From: Candidatus Marsarchaeota archaeon
GTDB lineage: Archaea; Micrarchaeota; Micrarchaeia; Micrarchaeales; Micrarchaeaceae
Direction: 5' to 3'
Length of the DNA: 64,000 nt
NCBI GenBank assembly: GCA_023485545.1
Contig: JAMCZI010000005.1
Coordinates: forward strand, 967-64,966
The notes below the pieces were generated by a model. The model was not told the origin of the DNA and did no database searches. It worked only from the letters and a program-made list of their open reading frames with translations. A program made the translations under genes and the position numbers. Of this stretch, positions 18,503-27,203 are shown one piece after another (position 1 is the stretch's first letter; each line of letters begins with the position of its first letter).

Positions 18503-19357
18503 ATGAACAGCGTTAGGTTACTTATTGTTGTATGGGCGATAGGTGCCTTATCAATAGCCGCCATAATATATGCAAATGGCAATCTTTCAATAAGGTGCCA
18601 ACTTGTATGTCCCTCTTCTATACACCGCTCTGGTAACGCTATAACTTTTAGGCTGCCACGCATTGGTAATGCATCTCAAGTAAAAACCTTGACATTACTA
18701 TATTCTGGCGGCGCAATAATTCTAAACCCAAACAAAAGCGGCGTGTTTGGACTAAAATCTCCAGAATCGCCAGGAGTATATAGTGCTAACCTGTCTTACG
18801 CTGGCGCTAATCTTTTCTCAATATCCTTTGCATACCTTGGGGGCTTAGAATACATACCGTATGTACTGATTGGCGTGTCAATCTTTGCATCAATCGCTTC
18901 AATCTCGGAATATGTATCATCCCTTTCGGATTTTGAATTTTATGTTGGGGATTCGGTATACGATAACGTCGCCCCCTACTCATCCAATGAAATCGAGATT
19001 GAGAGAGCTATCGATATCATAAGGCTAAGGAAATCATCAAAACACGAAAAAATAGGATTTTCAGAACTTCTATTCATGATGCGTGGGATGCATGATTTTC
19101 GTGTTTCACCAAGTGAAGAAATTGTTAGGTACATGATATCCTCTGCAGAAGACAAACACATATGCGATAACTACGACAGACAACCTTCATTTAATTATGG
19201 TGAACTTTATTACGTCATTAAAGAGAGATGTCCTACAACAAATTTTAAACTAATATCTGGTCTTAAAATCCAAGAAGGAAGGAAGCGTTTCCCTAAACAC
19301 AGGCTCCTGTCAACTAGAGTAATTGCAATGATAAATGAAGGTGCCGCGAATGCTTGA
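18503..19357 (+). CDS. Hypothetical membrane protein (2 TM around an extracellular domain)
   Basis: N-terminal hydrophobic helix, second TM at YIPYVLIGVSIFASI, soluble tail. Confidence 0.55.
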   Translation: MNSVRLLIVVWAIGALSIAAIIYANGNLSIRCQLVCPSSIHRSGNAITFRLPRIGNASQVKTLTLLYSGGAIILNPNKSGVFGLKSPESPGVYSANLSYAGANLFSISFAYLGGLEYIPYVLIGVSIFASIASISEYVSSLSDFEFYVGDSVYDNVAPYSSNEIEIERAIDIIRLRKSSKHEKIGFSELLFMMRGMHDFRVSPSEEIVRYMISSAEDKHICDNYDRQPSFNYGELYYVIKERCPTTNFKLISGLKIQEGRKRFPKHRLLSTRVIAMINEGAANA

Positions 19358-19538
19358 ACTAGGCAGATACGTAATCAAATCCGCTTTTGTGGTTTCAATG
19401 TTGTCCTTGATAACCTCAATTATAGTATACTCAGTTTCGCTTTCATCAAATGACAAGATTATTAGAAGAATATCAATAAGCATGTCGATTAGTGTGGCAC
19501 TGCTACTCTTCTTTATATTTGCGTACTACCTGGTGTGA
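19350..19538 (+). CDS. Small 2-TM membrane protein
   Basis: Two hydrophobic helices; overlaps both neighbours. Confidence 0.55.
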   Translation: MLELGRYVIKSAFVVSMLSLITSIIVYSVSLSSNDKIIRRISISMSISVALLLFFIFAYYLV

Positions 19539-19834
19539 AAATGTTGGATATGGTGAGAAGATTTTATGGAAAACCGAAGGCAAGCGATAATATGCTACTG
19601 CCAGCCTGTTCGGCAATTATTGCATGGGCTTTAGCTTATACTGTGATGCCAGGCAAAGGTATGGCACCTACCTTATTTGATTTTATGCCTCCGGCAGCGA
19701 TATCGATTCCGCTATACGCATATTTGAACATAAAAAGTATACGCGGCCCAGATTCCCGCATTTTTTCCATTGCACTGTTACTCCTCACGTCTATAGTAGT
19801 AATAGCCGCGGTGATATTCAATGGAACACTATAA
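19535..19834 (+). CDS. Small 3-TM membrane protein
   Basis: Three hydrophobic segments; GTGA overlap with the upstream gene. Confidence 0.55.
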   Translation: MKMLDMVRRFYGKPKASDNMLLPACSAIIAWALAYTVMPGKGMAPTLFDFMPPAAISIPLYAYLNIKSIRGPDSRIFSIALLLLTSIVVIAAVIFNGTL

Positions 19835-22076
19835 TCGTTCTAACTTTTTAGTAGAATCAGTGCCAAATGCGCAGATTGACATTGCAGGGATGTTGCAGGC
19901 AATAGGTGGCCGCACATTTTGCTTAATCCACGATTTTTTAGAAAGGCGAACGTATATTGAATTTTATTGCGATGACGTCGACCAAAGCACGACCATAATT
20001 AAAAAAATTGTACCTGGAATCTCACTTTCCCATGCAGATGTAATTACGATTGGAGAAATGCGTACAAAAGTCCTGTGCCTTTACAAGCAACCCTCTGGTA
20101 CCAGCTTCTTTAGCGAGTCGTTTTCATACTTAAGCTCTTCGAAGCTTTTCGTCTTTTTTATACCAGTGGATCAGATAGCGCTGCACTTGCGTAAGACTGA
20201 AATCGGAAAGCTGTTAAGCAAGGTAGAAGAAAAAGGAACATCTTCCGTGGCTGGCTCTGTGTTCAGTAAGCAGATAAGCACATCTTTACACACTGGCAAC
20301 TATAATGGTAGAGAAGAAGTTGAAATTCTTCGGACTATATTAGAATCTCTAGAAAATTCAATTATGAATGGATTGCCTGCATACAAGGTATATGCCTGCT
20401 TTGACAGCAGAGAGAAATCCATCCTAAATTATGTATCATCAAACTATGCCATAATAAGCAGCTTTGAGTTTGATTCGAGAGGTGATGATGCCCTGCTTCA
20501 TGAACTCGAGAAGTTCAATAGCCTTCCATTCGGGCTTCAATATTCAAAAAACTTCATCTCATTTCCGGTATCTCAAATAAAATACGTAGCTAAGACTGCC
20601 CCTCCTGCTACTTCGGGCAGAATATTGCTTGGCGAGTATGTCAGCAATGGTGCATTCCCAACTGGCGTAGCTGTGCATACTGAAGCCTCAGCATTAAATC
20701 TTGGACTGATCGTTACTGGTATGCCAGGTACGGGGAAGACCTCAGCTGTAATGAATATATTAGAGAGCGTAAGTAGGAATTCCGATGCCAGGATAATCAT
20801 AATATCTCCAACAAGAGAGTGGCGGAAATTTGGGGAGTTGGTAAAGGCAGATGTAATCGACTTGAATAATCCCTCATTAAGGATGAACCTATTCGGTTGC
20901 CCTGACGGATGCTCGGTTTCAAAGTTCTATGAGAACCTTGCCATGGTGCTTTCGCACGCCTCTGCAGCCGGCCCTTACCAGAAACCGCTTGAGAAATGCC
21001 TGCTTGATGCTTTTGAAGGCTTCAAGGATACGAACAATCCAGATCCACTAGAAGTATACAATGCAATAGAAGATTCAGTAATAAGACTGCACGGCAAGAG
21101 GACAAATACTGGCGTAAAGTATACAAAACATGGAGAGAACATCCATTCTGCAGTGGAAGATTTGCGGTTAGTACTAAGGCGCACACAGTTCAGGTCCAGA
21201 GCTGGAGTGGATATATACAATTCACCGAGCCGAAACATTATATTTGACATATCATCGTACGGCTCTCTTGCTATGAGCTACCTATACGCTGTAATACTAA
21301 ATCAGATATATTCGATAGCCGATTCAATGGATGAAATTGGAGAGGACAAGCTCCGATTGGTAGTTTGCCTTGAGGAGGCGCAATTGATATTCGGAGAAAG
21401 ATCGAAGGAGAATGATGCAGCTTTGCGCGATATAAAGAACAGGATACAGGATTTTCGCAAGAAGGGAATCGGATTGGTACTCATAACGCACAATGTATCC
21501 GATATAAATTCCGGAGTGCGTAGCATGTGCCAAACGAAAGCGTACTTCAAGCAAGCGCCTTCAGAGGCGGATAAAGCTGCTTCAGACTTGGTATTCTCTT
21601 TTTCGGAGAAGGAGAGCATAATCACAATGCTGACGCACCTTGAAAAAAGGGTCTTTGCACTTAATTATGTATTAAAACAAGAAGGTAATATGATAACTCC
21701 AGATTCTATATTCGTAAGATCCTTAGATTCATCATTCTCTAGAGTTTCTAAGCATGCGGATTCATCGGTGCCGTTTAAAGCAGTTTCAGAGGAACAGCTT
21801 ATAGAGTGCAGCATCTCATTAGCTTTTGACCCCGATAACACTGCCAAGCATAAAGGTGCTGAAGATCAAATAATTCCTGTCATCGTAGATTTCGGTATCG
21901 AGATTAAATGCGCACGGCAAATCGGAAATTCATACGCTGTAAGGCTTTATAAGCTGCAACGCTATTGGCTCTCTCTGCGCAATAGGAAAGGCGTAGAACT
22001 TTACGGTTCGTACATTCTCGCTGCAAAGCAAGTAACAGCCAGACTGGGCCAGTCCGGTATGGAAATCATTTACTGA
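19821..22076 (+). CDS. Large HerA/VirD4/VirB4-like ATPase
   Basis: Walker A TGMPGTGKT, Walker B CLEEAQ, DFRKKGIGLVLITH. Confidence 0.75.
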   Translation: MEHYNRSNFLVESVPNAQIDIAGMLQAIGGRTFCLIHDFLERRTYIEFYCDDVDQSTTIIKKIVPGISLSHADVITIGEMRTKVLCLYKQPSGTSFFSESFSYLSSSKLFVFFIPVDQIALHLRKTEIGKLLSKVEEKGTSSVAGSVFSKQISTSLHTGNYNGREEVEILRTILESLENSIMNGLPAYKVYACFDSREKSILNYVSSNYAIISSFEFDSRGDDALLHELEKFNSLPFGLQYSKNFISFPVSQIKYVAKTAPPATSGRILLGEYVSNGAFPTGVAVHTEASALNLGLIVTGMPGTGKTSAVMNILESVSRNSDARIIIISPTREWRKFGELVKADVIDLNNPSLRMNLFGCPDGCSVSKFYENLAMVLSHASAAGPYQKPLEKCLLDAFEGFKDTNNPDPLEVYNAIEDSVIRLHGKRTNTGVKYTKHGENIHSAVEDLRLVLRRTQFRSRAGVDIYNSPSRNIIFDISSYGSLAMSYLYAVILNQIYSIADSMDEIGEDKLRLVVCLEEAQLIFGERSKENDAALRDIKNRIQDFRKKGIGLVLITHNVSDINSGVRSMCQTKAYFKQAPSEADKAASDLVFSFSEKESIITMLTHLEKRVFALNYVLKQEGNMITPDSIFVRSLDSSFSRVSKHADSSVPFKAVSEEQLIECSISLAFDPDNTAKHKGAEDQIIPVIVDFGIEIKCARQIGNSYAVRLYKLQRYWLSLRNRKGVELYGSYILAAKQVTARLGQSGMEIIY

Positions 22077-23331
22077 TCAGGTACTCGCTTATGCGCTTCT
22101 GCATCATTATGTCGCGCAGTATCTTGCAGTTCCTTATCCAGTCTTTCAGCGGTATGTCCATCTTCGACCTTATGAAGCTGAACAGCTCTTCGGATGTGTT
22201 CATCACCACCGGCTTCATCGTGAGCGCTTCTCTGACATGCTCCCTCACATTCCATACGCCTACGGGCATAAGGTAACCCTCATGGACTTCCCTGAGTATC
22301 ATCACGCGCCCCTGTCCATGCATTTCGCTGAGCTTTTCGGTAACAGCAAGCCTTGCGGCATAATAGCATCCCCCTATTTCGGCATATGTCTTCCTTCCCC
22401 TGTACCCTTCATAAGAAGAGTATATCGATATGTCCTTCCCGTTCTCGTTCCACACCGTTTTCGGGTACCACGCCTCCGCTGATTCATATTCCCAGTTGCC
22501 CGGCATGAATATTATGAGCCAGCGATTATCCAGCGATACGTGGTAAAATGCGTAAATTGCATCAAGGCTTTCGAATGATTTTACATCCTTCAGCAAGTTT
22601 TTCGAAAGCGTGTCATCAACAGCTGTTATGCTCCATCTTGTTGGGACGAACTTCCTTGATTTTCCTCTGCCAAGCGTGCCAGCTGAAAGCGCCTGCTGGA
22701 TTTTTGACACTGGAATGTTGTTTTCGTATAGCTCTATGAGCGAAGTAGTGGCAGTTGCATCTGTGTCGCTGTACGCTTTCTCAAGCTTTCTGTCAGCCTT
22801 GACGTTGTAGAGATCCATAGTCTTCATTATGGCGCTTGGCCCAAACGGCTGCACCTCATCGTTGAAGCTCAACTTTACGAATGGTTTCTTGCTAAAATTC
22901 AGCTCTGCTTCCGCCGGCCTCTCTGCAAGTGCAAGATCTCTTACCATCTCCTCCATGCGCCCTTTCTCAACGTTGTCGACTCTTGTGAGGTGCATGCCCC
23001 TGACTAGCTTTGACCTGTAGCTTACTATGCTTGGAATCGAGAGGTTCCTCCACCTCTCCGGTGTCCCGAGTATGGAAGTGTCGCCGAAAGTGGGCGGCAC
23101 CATCGGGCCTATGAATACCTTTGGATAGCCGAACCTTCCTACAAAAACATCAGTTGGAGAAGAACCCGCGAGCTCAAGCTTGTCTGTCGCAGGCATCATC
23201 TTGACCCTGTAGTAATAGCGCAGCAGCGCCGGGTCGCGCATGTGCCTGTACACTATGTCTGATCGCTTGACGCCGGGGCTGGACTCGTTGAGCTCGTTTA
23301 TGAGGTTCTTCCTGGTCTCGCCTCCAAGCAT
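22066..23331 (-). CDS. nreA: Nre-family DNA repair protein with C-terminal PIP box
   Basis: GSSPTDVFVGRFGYPKV, VPTRWSITAVD, GGCYYAARLAV, PVGVWNVRE; C-terminal QKRISEY. Confidence 0.9.
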   Translation of the reverse strand: MLGGETRKNLINELNESSPGVKRSDIVYRHMRDPALLRYYYRVKMMPATDKLELAGSSPTDVFVGRFGYPKVFIGPMVPPTFGDTSILGTPERWRNLSIPSIVSYRSKLVRGMHLTRVDNVEKGRMEEMVRDLALAERPAEAELNFSKKPFVKLSFNDEVQPFGPSAIMKTMDLYNVKADRKLEKAYSDTDATATTSLIELYENNIPVSKIQQALSAGTLGRGKSRKFVPTRWSITAVDDTLSKNLLKDVKSFESLDAIYAFYHVSLDNRWLIIFMPGNWEYESAEAWYPKTVWNENGKDISIYSSYEGYRGRKTYAEIGGCYYAARLAVTEKLSEMHGQGRVMILREVHEGYLMPVGVWNVREHVREALTMKPVVMNTSEELFSFIRSKMDIPLKDWIRNCKILRDIMMQKRISEYLISK

Positions 23332-23441
23332 GCAATCACTACCCTTTCTCAATTCAGATTTATAACCATTTTCAGCATCCGAAACAAGCCATTTTCTTGT
23401 AGAGCTGAAAGAAATATACGCATTATCATACAAAACCAATC

Positions 23442-24539
23442 ATGGAAATAGACGGATACATAAAGAGAAGGCTCAAGTCTCTGTTTAGCGATTCTGGGCT
23501 TGACGCTGTATTAATAATGAATACAGCAACAAAAGACAGCAATTTCACATACATGACGGATTTTTCTAGCGGCGTTTTCGAGGATACAATCCTTCTTCTC
23601 TTTCCAGATGGGGAAAAATTGCTTGTAAATAAGCTGGAGCGGGAGATAGCGCTGGAATCAGCACCAAAAGTTATGGAAGTTGTAAGCGCAGACACCTCTG
23701 AGGAGCTTGCCTCACATCTTAAAAAGGACCTTAAAGGGCTGAATGTCGGCTTTAATGCGAAATTCCTGCCCTATTCGTACTATGCTGCAATAAGGAAGCT
23801 AGCAAAGCCGAAGCGCATGGTAGATGTCGGCAAGTTCTTCTCAAAGCTCAGGACAGTAAAGGATGAGTATGAGATAAGCAGGATAAGGAAGGCGAATTCG
23901 ATTGCAAAGCGTGCTTTCAGCGAGATACCCACATATTTTTCGGCAGGGATTACGGAGAGGCAGCTCGCTGCCAAGTTCGATAGCCTTATGCTCGATGCAG
24001 GAGCTACCTCGCCATCTTTCGACACAATAATATGCTTTGGCAAGAATTCGGCCCTGCCGCACCACTCACCCGACAATTCAAAACTCAGGGAGAACAGCAT
24101 AATACTGATTGACGCGGGAGCAAAGTGGGCCAACTACTGCTCCGATCTAACCAAGAGTTTCTTCTTCAAGCCCCAGAAAGCCAGCCCCACATATGCTGGG
24201 TTTGAGGAGATGTATTCGGTTGTAGAGGAGGCGCAGGCAGAAGCATTGGCGGCGATAAAGGCGGGAGCAGCAGCGTCTTCGCCTCACATAACTGCGGAGA
24301 ACGTCATAGATAAAGCATATGGTGGCAAATATGCAGGCAAGTTCATACATGCACTAGGCCATTCAATAGGGATAGAGGTGCACGACGAGTCAATGATATC
24401 CCTATCCCCCCGCTCAAAGGAAATTTTATCAAAAGGAATGGTATTCAGCGACGAGCCTGGCATATACGTGGTTGGAAAGGGAGGCGTGCGTCTCGAGGAA
24501 GATGTCCTTGTCGGGAGCGGAAGCTCATCCATCCTTTAA
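23442..24539 (+). CDS. pepQ: Xaa-Pro aminopeptidase/prolidase (M24B)
   Basis: SALPHH, IDAG, YCSDLT, HALGHSIGIEVHD, EPGIY, GVRLEED. Confidence 0.9.
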   Translation: MEIDGYIKRRLKSLFSDSGLDAVLIMNTATKDSNFTYMTDFSSGVFEDTILLLFPDGEKLLVNKLEREIALESAPKVMEVVSADTSEELASHLKKDLKGLNVGFNAKFLPYSYYAAIRKLAKPKRMVDVGKFFSKLRTVKDEYEISRIRKANSIAKRAFSEIPTYFSAGITERQLAAKFDSLMLDAGATSPSFDTIICFGKNSALPHHSPDNSKLRENSIILIDAGAKWANYCSDLTKSFFFKPQKASPTYAGFEEMYSVVEEAQAEALAAIKAGAAASSPHITAENVIDKAYGGKYAGKFIHALGHSIGIEVHDESMISLSPRSKEILSKGMVFSDEPGIYVVGKGGVRLEEDVLVGSGSSSIL

Positions 24540-24570
24540 AATAAAAAAAAGAAAAAGGGAAAAAAGCCCA

Positions 24571-24948
24571 TCAAACTTCGTGGCTTATTCCGCTTCCTAT
24601 TATCCCAAGGATGAAAGCAACTATCGTCACTATGTACATCGGGAGGTTCCCAAAGGTTAACGCAACCAGTGAGAATCCCACAGCGACTGTTGCGCACGCT
24701 GCTGCGTGGGAAAGGTGCTCATGCGGCATCAGCAGGGTTCCAAAGCTTATAAAGAACAGCGAAACCGAGCCTATTATAGCCGCTGCATAGAAGAGTGGAA
24801 GCCACAAAGCCGCTCCAGACCATCCTGCTGCGCTGTAATTTCCTGATTGTGTGAAAGCCAAGCCCAAGAATATCAGGCTCGCTATCAGCATCAGGACAAA
24901 TGCTCCATAGCGCATGTTATCATTTCCGTGTTTTGCCGTTTTTGCCAT
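24571..24948 (-). CDS. Small 4-TM hypothetical membrane protein
   Basis: Four hydrophobic helices; fills the gap between genes. Confidence 0.65.
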   Translation of the reverse strand: MAKTAKHGNDNMRYGAFVLMLIASLIFLGLAFTQSGNYSAAGWSGAALWLPLFYAAAIIGSVSLFFISFGTLLMPHEHLSHAAACATVAVGFSLVALTFGNLPMYIVTIVAFILGIIGSGISHEV

Positions 24949-25002
24949 ATTATCACTATTTAAAGATGATAATTAATGCTTTTAAACCTAACTACACTAT
25001 CG

Positions 25003-25018
25003 TGTATATGCATATACA
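25003..25018. promoter_or_regulatory. Perfect 16-bp palindrome in a divergent promoter region
   Basis: TGTATATGCATATACA is self-complementary. Confidence 0.35.
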
Positions 25019-25109
25019 TTTTATACGTGATTACAAGGTAAGATAAGATCACGCAATGCACCTTTTCCGTGCAAAACAAGATATAAATCTATCCCTGCAA
25101 TCTATATTC

Positions 25110-26036
25110 ATGGGAATTCTCAACCAGATGCCTCCTTACAACCTTTTCGGGCTGGAGCGCCAGGATTATTCAGTTTCACGCATAGCTGCATTTCCGATAC
25201 CATACGATTCTACTGTTACTTACAGGTCTGGGGCGCGCGATGGGCCTGCCGCGATAATAAGCGCAAGCAGAAATCTGGAGCTTTACAACCATGAGCTAAA
25301 TTTCACACTTCCAGAAACATTCGTGTTTACAATGGAGTCAATGGCGCCGGATCTAAACTCTCCAGAAGGCATGATAAGGAGGATAGAGAAAGAGGTCGGG
25401 ATAGCTGTTGATGACGGAAAGGTGCCCTTCCTTATAGGCGGCGAGCATACTATTTCATTGGGAGCAATACGGGCTATAGCATCACGCTCTGACGTTTTCA
25501 GCATACTGCACCTAGATGCGCATTCGGACTCAAGGGATGAAATATTTGGCACTAAGAACTCGCATGCATCCATCATGGCCCGTGCACGTGAAATAGTGCA
25601 ATCAAGCTACAGCGTTGGAATACGCAGCATTGATTCTGAGAGCATGGCGCTCTACGGAAAGGACATGCTCTTCATTGATGAGATTCACAGGGCAGGGATA
25701 CAAAAGTCTGCAGAAACCATCCTCAGCAGGCTCGGCAAGCGCGTTTATGTCACAGTTGACCTTGATGTCCTTGATCCGTCTGAGATGCCGAGCGTAGGCA
25801 CTCCAGAGCCAGATGGACTTCATTATGCTGAGCTGCGCCACATCCTCAGCTCGGTGTTTTCAAAACGCGAGATAGTAGGGTTTGACATAACAGAGCTTTG
25901 CCCGATACCCGGAATTGTTGCGCCTGATTTCCTCGCAGCCAAGTTGGCTTATTCGATGGCATGCGATCTTTACAAATCATCAGAGCCAAGAAAAGCTGCT
26001 GGAAAAACAAAGCATTCAGGAAAGAAAAAGCTCTGA
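25110..26036 (+). CDS. speB: Agmatinase (ureohydrolase)
   Basis: GARDGP, GGEHTI, HLDAHSD, SHAS, DLDVLDP, ELCP. Confidence 0.9.
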   Translation: MGILNQMPPYNLFGLERQDYSVSRIAAFPIPYDSTVTYRSGARDGPAAIISASRNLELYNHELNFTLPETFVFTMESMAPDLNSPEGMIRRIEKEVGIAVDDGKVPFLIGGEHTISLGAIRAIASRSDVFSILHLDAHSDSRDEIFGTKNSHASIMARAREIVQSSYSVGIRSIDSESMALYGKDMLFIDEIHRAGIQKSAETILSRLGKRVYVTVDLDVLDPSEMPSVGTPEPDGLHYAELRHILSSVFSKREIVGFDITELCPIPGIVAPDFLAAKLAYSMACDLYKSSEPRKAAGKTKHSGKKKL

Positions 26037-26058
26037 AAGCTGTTTCCAGCATGCGCGT

Positions 26059-26514
26059 TCAGAATATTGACGATTTCCTCCTTATCTCTGCAGCAATTTC
26101 TGCAAGGCTTGAGTCGTCCGCCCTAGGCCCGTGCAATGTAGTTATGAAGCCAGGGTACGATTCAAAACTGGCTTCCCCATCCGCTATAACGCTTCCCTCC
26201 TCCTTGAACCCTATTGCAGGGTACAGCTTGGCGTGAAGGTGGTCGACTTCGGTGCCTTCCAGCGCCATGTGCACCCTCTTTACCCCTAATCCCTTCTCAA
26301 GTATCTTTGCGACCCTCTTGGTTGAGCTCATGAATTCCGAAAGCGTAGTGTCATCCAGATCAAAGGCGTAGCTCGGTATATGGCGCTTCGGTATAACCAG
26401 CGACTGGCCTTTAATATTTGGGAACGCATCGAGTATGCCGAGGTAGTTCCTGTCCTCGTATATCTTGTAGTGCTTCGCACCGCCGTACGCTATTTCGCAG
26501 AATATGCATTCCAT
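26059..26514 (-). CDS. HIT family hydrolase
   Basis: CIFCEI, LDAFP..GQSLVIPKRH, VDHLHAK (variant triad). Confidence 0.85.
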   Translation of the reverse strand: MECIFCEIAYGGAKHYKIYEDRNYLGILDAFPNIKGQSLVIPKRHIPSYAFDLDDTTLSEFMSSTKRVAKILEKGLGVKRVHMALEGTEVDHLHAKLYPAIGFKEEGSVIADGEASFESYPGFITTLHGPRADDSSLAEIAAEIRRKSSIF

Positions 26515-26522
26515 GAAACCAC

Positions 26523-27161
26523 TTATATCTCCATGCTCTCCCGTATCTCTTTCAAAGTGGCCTGGTCCTTCCCGTATATGTACGGTGCAAGGTCGAGGTC
26601 CTTTGGGCTCTTGGAAAGCTTCTTCTGGTAAACTATGTGTAGCTGCTTTCCGAGCTCCTCATCGTATCTTTCCCACTTTATCCCTACTGATTCGACATAC
26701 TCCTTTTCTATCCCTGTCGCGGTTTCGTGGGCGTATGGGTACTCGTAAGCATCATCAGAAAGCCATTTCTCCGGAAGTTCGTGGTGTTTTCCGACGCTCT
26801 CCAGTATGCTTATCTTCTTGCCGTCTATCTCCATCTCCTTGGGGAGATCTCTGGCGATGTATATCGTTTTCCCATCCCTTGAATATCCTCCGTTGTATTT
26901 TATGTCGTAATCGACATTTATCTTTACTGAGTTGCTGTCCTGCCTCTTAACTACCTCCCCAATTTGCTCATCTCCTAGAAAAACCTTGCTGCCGCCGTTA
27001 ACCCCTATCTTCTGCCCAACCGGAACGTCCTTCTTAGAAAGCACAGTGATATACGTGGGCGAGATGTAGTTTATCCCTTTTATAACGAAAAGTTTTTTCT
27101 CCTCATCGGGGTCGTTTTTATGCTCAATGACGCTGAATTCTTCCATCCAATCTACATTCAT
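26523..27161 (-). CDS. Hypothetical protein with possible metal-binding HE..E / AHE motifs
   Basis: Clean ORF; HHELPEK...AHETATGIE. Confidence 0.6.
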   Translation of the reverse strand: MNVDWMEEFSVIEHKNDPDEEKKLFVIKGINYISPTYITVLSKKDVPVGQKIGVNGGSKVFLGDEQIGEVVKRQDSNSVKINVDYDIKYNGGYSRDGKTIYIARDLPKEMEIDGKKISILESVGKHHELPEKWLSDDAYEYPYAHETATGIEKEYVESVGIKWERYDEELGKQLHIVYQKKLSKSPKDLDLAPYIYGKDQATLKEIRESMEI

Positions 27162-27203
27162 GGGATTGAAACACAATATATTTAACGGTTTTCGGATGTC
27201 ATG

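Larger units (their letters stand above)
14650..22076 (+). other. AT-rich operon-like island: Ced/Ted/T4SS-like gene cluster
   Basis: Nine co-oriented, abutting or overlapping ORFs. Hand-counted G+C: 23/60 at line 17161 and 17/60 at line 19201, versus 31/60 at line 12001 and 38/60 at line 7801. Confidence 0.6.

Noticed and set aside
14650..22076. Integrated conjugative plasmid or provirus
   Set aside because: No integrase, relaxase, replication or capsid genes, att repeats or flanking tRNA seen
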